The position numbers were made by a program, and so were the translations under genes. A DNA stretch of 53,589 nucleotides. It comes from Flavobacteriales bacterium. GTDB lineage: Bacteria; Bacteroidota; Bacteroidia; CAIKAF01. The stretch's first letter is position 1, and the number at the start of each line of letters is the position of its first letter. The stretch lies in NCBI GenBank assembly GCA_025451295.1, contig JANWKQ010000126.1:1-53589 (forward strand), written 5' to 3'. The notes below the pieces were generated by a model that worked only from the letters and a program-made list of their open reading frames with translations, was not told the origin of the DNA and made no database searches. Shown here one piece after another: positions 48,187 to 53,589 of this stretch.

Positions 48187-49524
48187 ATGTTTAAAAAAAT
48201 ATTGATTGCTAATCGTGGGGAAATTGCTTTGCGTGTGATTAGAACATGCAAAGAAATGGGTATAAAAACAGTAGCCGTTTATTCGACCGCCGACCGGGAT
48301 AGTTTACATGTACGTTTTGCAGACGAGGCCGTTTGTATAGGGCCACCTCCCAGCAAGGAATCATACCTGAGTATGAAGAATATTATTTCAGCGGCAGAAA
48401 TAACGAATGCTGATGCCATTCATCCCGGCTATGGTTTTCTTTCAGAAAATTCAAAATTCTCCAGGATTTGCGCAGAGCATGGAATAAAATTTATTGGACC
48501 AACGCCTGAAATGATCGATGCAATGGGTGATAAATCCAATGCTAAAGCAACGATGTTAAAGGCAGGTGTTCCCTGTGTTCCTGGATCTCCTGATTTATTG
48601 GTGGATCTTGCAGATGCAAAAAGAAGCGCAAAAGAAATTGGATATCCGGTGATTATGAAAGCAACCGCTGGTGGCGGTGGGAAAGGAATGCGAATCATTT
48701 GGAAACCAGAAGAACTGGAGGAGAATTGGGATAAGGCAAGACAAGAAGCAGGCGCAGCCTTTGGAAATGATGCCATGTATATGGAGAAGTTTATTGAAGA
48801 ACCTCGTCACATTGAAATACAAATCGCAGGTGATCAGTTTGGTAAAGTTTGTCACCTGAGTGAAAGAGATTGTTCAATTCAGCGCAGAAATCAAAAACTG
48901 GTGGAGGAAACACCTTCTCCATTTATGACGGCAAAGTTGAGAGAAGCGATGGGGATCGCTGCTATTAAAGCAGGAGAATCCATCAGATATGAGGGAGTTG
49001 GTACGATTGAATTCCTGGTGGATAAAAACAGGAACTTCTACTTCATGGAAATGAATACCCGGATCCAGGTGGAGCATCCGATCACGGAAGAAGTGATCAA
49101 CTATGACCTTATTAAAGAACAGATCAAGATTGCCGCTGGCATTCCAATCAGTGGAAAAAATTATATCCCACAGATGTGTGCTATTGAATGTCGAATCAAT
49201 GCCGAAGACCCTTATAATGATTTTCGTCCATCCCCAGGTAAGATCACACATTATCATTCACCGGGTGGACATGGTGTAAGGGTAGACACACACGCCTATG
49301 CAGGATATGTTATTCCTCCTTATTATGATAGTATGATCGGCAAACTGATCGTCGTGCATCAAACACGTGAGGAAGCCATTGATACGATGTTAAGGGCGCT
49401 GCAGGAATATGTGATCGAAGGGATCAAAACAACCATTCCATTCCATATACAACTGATGCAGAATGAAAATTTCCGTAAAGGGAAATATACGACCAAGTTT
49501 ATGGAAACTTTTGTGTTGAAATAA
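48187..49524 (+). CDS. accC: Acetyl-CoA carboxylase biotin carboxylase
   Basis: [44 protein letters not shown]. Confidence 0.97.
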   Translation: MFKKILIANRGEIALRVIRTCKEMGIKTVAVYSTADRDSLHVRFADEAVCIGPPPSKESYLSMKNIISAAEITNADAIHPGYGFLSENSKFSRICAEHGIKFIGPTPEMIDAMGDKSNAKATMLKAGVPCVPGSPDLLVDLADAKRSAKEIGYPVIMKATAGGGGKGMRIIWKPEELEENWDKARQEAGAAFGNDAMYMEKFIEEPRHIEIQIAGDQFGKVCHLSERDCSIQRRNQKLVEETPSPFMTAKLREAMGIAAIKAGESIRYEGVGTIEFLVDKNRNFYFMEMNTRIQVEHPITEEVINYDLIKEQIKIAAGIPISGKNYIPQMCAIECRINAEDPYNDFRPSPGKITHYHSPGGHGVRVDTHAYAGYVIPPYYDSMIGKLIVVHQTREEAIDTMLRALQEYVIEGIKTTIPFHIQLMQNENFRKGKYTTKFMETFVLK

Positions 49525-49540
49525 AAGAATACTTAATGCA

Positions 49541-50020
49541 CTAGAGCTTATAACTGCCTTTGCATTTTACATCCAGGTCGATAAATACCGATGAAATGGG
49601 AGCTGCCGACAAATTCTGGCATCCGATCACAAAATAAGGTTGTTTGTTATTTAAAATATCGATCAACAGCGCGGATGTTACCACACCCCCTTTTTCTGTT
49701 TCATTAACACCCAATGTTACGCTGATCACATCCTCGTCACCGGGAAGTTGAACGTTGTCTGCCGTTTGGGCGGCAGATACATAGATCTTTACATTGGCCA
49801 CAAAAGCGTCATTTTTTCTCACTTTATAAGCTACCACAATCTCATCGAAATTAACATCGTGTTGAATAAATAACTCCGGAACCTCAAATACTGCTTCCAC
49901 ATTTATACCGTAGGTATTCGGGAGTTCAATGGTCGCATCTTCGAACGAGAGGTCAAAGCCACAGCTGCTGATACAGATGGCTATTGACAGAACCACAATC
50001 GAATTTTTAATTTTTTTCAT
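49541..50020 (-). CDS. Hypothetical lipoprotein
   Basis: Lipobox ISSC; beta-rich mature part. Confidence 0.65.
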   Translation of the reverse strand: MKKIKNSIVVLSIAICISSCGFDLSFEDATIELPNTYGINVEAVFEVPELFIQHDVNFDEIVVAYKVRKNDAFVANVKIYVSAAQTADNVQLPGDEDVISVTLGVNETEKGGVVTSALLIDILNNKQPYFVIGCQNLSAAPISSVFIDLDVKCKGSYKL

Positions 50021-50049
50021 TTCATTTACCTTTTTGAGCCCGGTAAATT

Positions 50050-50757
50050 TTAATTCGGAATGATCATTTTAAATCCAATCCCGTGAACTACCTGGATCTT
50101 TACATTCTCATCCGTGCTTAAATACTTTCTGAGTTTTGAAATAAATACATCCATACTACGTCCGGTAAAATAATCGTCTTTTCCCCAGACTGATTTTAAT
50201 AAAACTTCCCGTGTTATGATCTGATTTTTATGCAGACAGAGTAACCTCAACAGGTTGGCTTCTCTCTCAGTGAGGCGTTTGGTATCGTCCCCAAGATTCA
50301 GGCAATATTCCTTATAGTTAAAAGTATATTTACCAATAGGAAAAATGTCTTTATCCGCACCATCATTATCTAAGGTACCCGTACGCTTCAGCAGATTCTC
50401 CACACGCAGAAGAAATTCTTCCGTAGAAAAAGGCTTCGTAATATAGTCATCAGCGCCTATTTTTAATCCTTTAATCTTGTCATCAGATAGTGATTTGGCC
50501 GAAAGAAAAATAATGGGAACGGTGGCATCGACCTTTCGGATGAATTCAGCCACTTCAAATCCGTCCTTGTTAGGAAGCATAATATCCAAAATACATAACT
50601 GGAAGGAATCAGTACCAAATTTTTGGATGGCATCATCACCATCCACACAATGTTTAACTGAATAGCCTTTTTCTTCCAATACTTCTTTTACAACAAACCC
50701 AAGATTCATATCATCTTCGACGTAAAGAATATTGATATTTTTTTTCTCTTCTGTCAT
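50050..50757 (-). CDS. OmpR/PhoB family response regulator (RprY-like)
   Basis: VEDD, LDIMLP, GADDYITKPF, RSMDVFISKLRK, VHGIGF. Confidence 0.93.
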   Translation of the reverse strand: MTEEKKNINILYVEDDMNLGFVVKEVLEEKGYSVKHCVDGDDAIQKFGTDSFQLCILDIMLPNKDGFEVAEFIRKVDATVPIIFLSAKSLSDDKIKGLKIGADDYITKPFSTEEFLLRVENLLKRTGTLDNDGADKDIFPIGKYTFNYKEYCLNLGDDTKRLTEREANLLRLLCLHKNQIITREVLLKSVWGKDDYFTGRSMDVFISKLRKYLSTDENVKIQVVHGIGFKMIIPN

Positions 50758-52034
50758 ACATTGTTGGTTTTTAAATAAATGGTAAAGGTTGTGCCTTTTC
50801 CGGGAATACTATGTAAATGTATTTTGCCGTTGTGGGATTCGATTATCTTTTTTACATAACTTAATCCTAATCCAAAGCCTTTTACATTGTGAACATTTCC
50901 GGTGGGGACTCTAAAGAACTTTTCGAAGATATGTTTTTGGGCTTCTTTTGGAATCCCAATGCCATGATCCTCAATTTCAACTACTAATTTACTCTTTTTA
51001 TTGTATGTTCTGATGCGTAAGTAGGGATTTTCCTTTGAATACTTGAGGGCATTATCGACCAGATTATAGAGCACGTTCACCAGGTGTCCACGATCACCTA
51101 AGACGATAGGGTTTTTAGCATCCAGGTGTATGTCCAGCTTGCAACGGGCATTTTCGATCCTTACCAGCATGTTGTCCGCTATATCACGGATCATTTGGTT
51201 GAAATCAACCGGCTCCTTGATGAGCTTATTTTTTACGTTATCCACCATAGCGATTCGGAGAATCTGCTCAACCTGTCCTTTCAGGCGATCCGTTTCATCC
51301 CGGATAATATTGGCATAGGTGGTTACTTTTTCGGGATTGGTAGCATTCGTTCCTCGTAATAAAGAATCGCTGCTCACCTGGATCGTTGCAATCGGAGTTT
51401 TAAATTCATGTGTCATATTATTGATGAAATCCGTTTTCATCTCTGACAGCTTTTTTTGCTTGAAGATCACAAATACGATATAAACAAAGAAACCGATCAC
51501 GATCAATATCCCAATACTGGAATAGATCATTACGCCAAGCTGACGGGCGATATAGATATTCTTTGTGGGGAAATAGACGGCGAATTTATGGCTATCCGGG
51601 GCCATTTTTATCTTAGGAAGATTCACTTGTTCCACTGATTCCAGGTTACTGTGGGTCCTCATATTATAACTACGCCACTGGATCGAATCCAGGAAACAGT
51701 CATAGACGGCAAAATTGAAATCGAGGTTGATATTAAAATGATCGAACTCTATGAGCAACAGGTTTTGAAGATGATCCGGATCAGCCGTTCCAGCCACATT
51801 GACCAGGAAATAATTGCTGGATACCTGTTGTACAGGGTCGATAATGTTGAGTGTATCTTTATTGTATAAATTGATCTGATTAGCTACTGAATTCAATGCC
51901 AGATTCACCCTGTTATTGAATTGTTCATCAGTTAGCAAATATGATCTTCGTACCCAATAGATCTGAAGCCAGACCAGAGCAGCCAGGGTCATGGTTACAA
52001 GGATTACAATTATTCGAATGGTACGTGATGACAA
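50754..52034 (-). CDS. Sensor histidine kinase (RprX-like)
   Basis: Two TMs, NNMTHEFKTP H-box, NLVDNALKY, DHGIG, GFGLGL. Confidence 0.93.
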   Translation of the reverse strand: MSSRTIRIIVILVTMTLAALVWLQIYWVRRSYLLTDEQFNNRVNLALNSVANQINLYNKDTLNIIDPVQQVSSNYFLVNVAGTADPDHLQNLLLIEFDHFNINLDFNFAVYDCFLDSIQWRSYNMRTHSNLESVEQVNLPKIKMAPDSHKFAVYFPTKNIYIARQLGVMIYSSIGILIVIGFFVYIVFVIFKQKKLSEMKTDFINNMTHEFKTPIATIQVSSDSLLRGTNATNPEKVTTYANIIRDETDRLKGQVEQILRIAMVDNVKNKLIKEPVDFNQMIRDIADNMLVRIENARCKLDIHLDAKNPIVLGDRGHLVNVLYNLVDNALKYSKENPYLRIRTYNKKSKLVVEIEDHGIGIPKEAQKHIFEKFFRVPTGNVHNVKGFGLGLSYVKKIIESHNGKIHLHSIPGKGTTFTIYLKTNNV

Positions 52035-52073
52035 TTTCCTATTTGTTTTTAAACATTAGCTAAGACCAAAATC

Positions 52074-53018
52074 TTAAATGGTTTTATATCCTTTTCCCCA
52101 CTCTTCCATTTCTTCCTTCGTCCAAATTCCAGGATAAAATACCCGGAGCTGGAAACGTGGAGGCAAATATTTTTGCCAGTTGGTTCCGCCGGTTGCTTTA
52201 ATATCTTCCGGGTCTTTTTGCAAATACCGAACCGCGGATTTATAGTGAGATAAAGGCCAGTTGACATTTACATTCAGATCAAACTGCTTCATCTCACGGA
52301 GTAATTCCGCATCCTGTTGTTCTGATTCAGGCAGATTCTTATATTGATCAAACAGGGTTTTTCCTTTGAGGGATTCAGCGGTATCTATGATCAGTTCAGA
52401 ATATTTTTTTTCAAATTGTCTTAACGTAAGTGTCTTTTTGCCGGTGGCCAGTTCAGTAGCTCCTTTCTTCCAGTAAATGTTATCATACATTTCTCTGCAT
52501 GTTGCATCTTTTTTCCTGAATTCTTCTTTTACCGTTTTCTCCACCAATTCAATAAAAGGGGTTGCATAGATCTCGATGATCCTGTATTGGGCCGACTGGA
52601 ATCCACTGGCCGGTAATAATGACATTCTGAATTTTAGGAACTGGTCCACTTCCATACCGGTAACCATGATCTCAAAAGAACGGGTAAGGTTCTCGAAATA
52701 ACTGTTGATCCGCTTGAGTCTGGCTTTCAGAAAATCGGGTGTAATATTTACCGCTGCTGTTATCTGTTTTAGTTCGTGGAGGGTCAGCTTAAAATAAAGT
52801 TCGGTGATCTGATGGTACATGATAAAGATCTCCTCATCCGGAAAGGATGTCTTTGGATTTTGAAGGCTCAGCAACGTATCCACATGTATATAATCCCAAT
52901 AGGTTAAGTAATCAGCATATAATAAACCATCAAGATAAGACACCAGGTCTTGTCCCATCGTGTTGTACTTCTCCTGAAGTTCGGTTAATCGTTGCTGCAT
53001 TTCGGCACTTATCTCCAT
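52074..53018 (-). CDS. kynA: Tryptophan 2,3-dioxygenase
   Basis: YWDYI, LLSLQ, FIMYHQITELYFK, PASGFQSAQYR, ATGGT. Confidence 0.9.
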   Translation of the reverse strand: MEISAEMQQRLTELQEKYNTMGQDLVSYLDGLLYADYLTYWDYIHVDTLLSLQNPKTSFPDEEIFIMYHQITELYFKLTLHELKQITAAVNITPDFLKARLKRINSYFENLTRSFEIMVTGMEVDQFLKFRMSLLPASGFQSAQYRIIEIYATPFIELVEKTVKEEFRKKDATCREMYDNIYWKKGATELATGKKTLTLRQFEKKYSELIIDTAESLKGKTLFDQYKNLPESEQQDAELLREMKQFDLNVNVNWPLSHYKSAVRYLQKDPEDIKATGGTNWQKYLPPRFQLRVFYPGIWTKEEMEEWGKGYKTI

Positions 53019-53035
53019 CTTTTTTAATTTGGTTT

Positions 53036-53043
53036 CAAAGGTA
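53036..53043 (-). promoter_or_regulatory. -7 promoter element of kynA (TACCTTTG on minus strand)
   Basis: caaaggta on plus strand, about 18 nt upstream of ATG. Confidence 0.65.
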
Positions 53044-53118
53044 ACAGATTCCGCTTTTGCCCAAGCGGTTTAGGGACTGGGAACCGCAGTTTTATGAGTT
53101 TTATAACAAAAGAAAGCC

Positions 53119-53126
53119 TAACTTTG
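53119..53126 (+). promoter_or_regulatory. -7 promoter element of queD (TAACTTTG)
   Basis: TAnnTTTG about 15 nt upstream of ATG 53141. Confidence 0.65.
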
Positions 53127-53140
53127 CAAAAATTTTAAAA

Positions 53141-53554
53141 ATGCTTGTTTACCTCACCAGAAAGGAACATTTTAATGCAGCCCATAAACTGTATAACCCT
53201 GCCTGGACGGTGGAAAAAAACAATGAGGTCTTCGGGAAATGTGCCAATGAAAACTGGCATGGGCATAATTTTGATCTATATGTTACCATTAAAGGAACAC
53301 CGAACCCGGAAACAGGATTTCTTTTTGATGTAAAAAAGCTTAGTCTGATCATCCAGGAATATATCATAGAGGTGCTCGACCATAAAAATCTCAATATGGA
53401 TGTACCCTTCATGGATGGAAAGTTTTGTTCGATCGAAAACCTGGTCTATGAGATATGGCATCAGCTGATTCCGCATATCCCGGCCGGGATCACCTTGCAT
53501 TGTGTTAAACTCTGCGAAACACCGCGGATTTATGTAGAATACTTCGGCGAGTAG
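53141..53554 (+). CDS. queD: 6-carboxytetrahydropterin synthase / 6-pyruvoyltetrahydropterin synthase
   Basis: FNAAHKL, GKC...HGHN, LDHKNLN, EN, ETP; start reassigned to ATG 53141. Confidence 0.88.
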   Translation: MLVYLTRKEHFNAAHKLYNPAWTVEKNNEVFGKCANENWHGHNFDLYVTIKGTPNPETGFLFDVKKLSLIIQEYIIEVLDHKNLNMDVPFMDGKFCSIENLVYEIWHQLIPHIPAGITLHCVKLCETPRIYVEYFGE

Positions 53555-53589
53555 TGTTGGATTTTTATAGGATACGCCTGGCGAGTAGT

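Noticed and set aside
53066-53088. gcggtt...aaccgc hairpin upstream of queD as a preQ1 riboswitch
   Set aside because: No preQ1 consensus; it lies between the two divergent -7 elements, outside the queD transcript.
281-53500. Numerous 60-180 aa ORFs nested in or antisense to recognised genes (e.g. 6327-6869, 13478-13894, 24882-25385, 44492-44740)
   Set aside because: Shadow ORFs with no recognisable motifs, overlapping well-supported CDS.
1-53589. CRISPR arrays, tRNA/rRNA genes, IS transposases, integrases, prophage or defence genes
   Set aside because: No regularly spaced repeats, cloverleaf or rRNA signatures, or matching ORFs seen by eye; covariance-model searches were not run.

Overview
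AT-rich chromosomal window from a free-living Bacteroidota bacterium (gldB/gldC, several T9SS C-terminal sorting domains, TAnnTTTG -7 promoters, type-2 IleRS in an ileS-dksA-like-lspA operon). About 45 CDS were called by motif recognition only; no database searches were run. Core genes: punA, lpxK, nif3-like, nadD, ileS, lspA, icd, accBC, kynA, queD. Other genes include a TetR-TolC-MFP-RND efflux operon, secreted peptidases (S9, S8, gingipain-like C25), MORN/YwqK-repeat and T9SS-cargo tandem paralogues, and a GT-C/GT2 pair. No rRNA, tRNA, CRISPR array, transposase or phage gene was seen. The best candidate for an undescribed system is a three-gene exported sulfur module at 35376-38635: a TsdA/SoxA-type diheme cytochrome, a signal-peptide-bearing DsrE protein and a Tat-exported SoxB-like hydrolase, with no soxYZ/AX/CD nearby. 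It may be a minimal thiosulfate-oxidising cycle in which DsrE replaces SoxYZ (inference). The TPR-icd intergenic region holds two structured non-coding elements: a 69% GC multibranch island and an AAGGCGG...CAACGCAG long hairpin. Several other intergenic palindromes and a recurring AACCAAC/TAACCT motif were also found.
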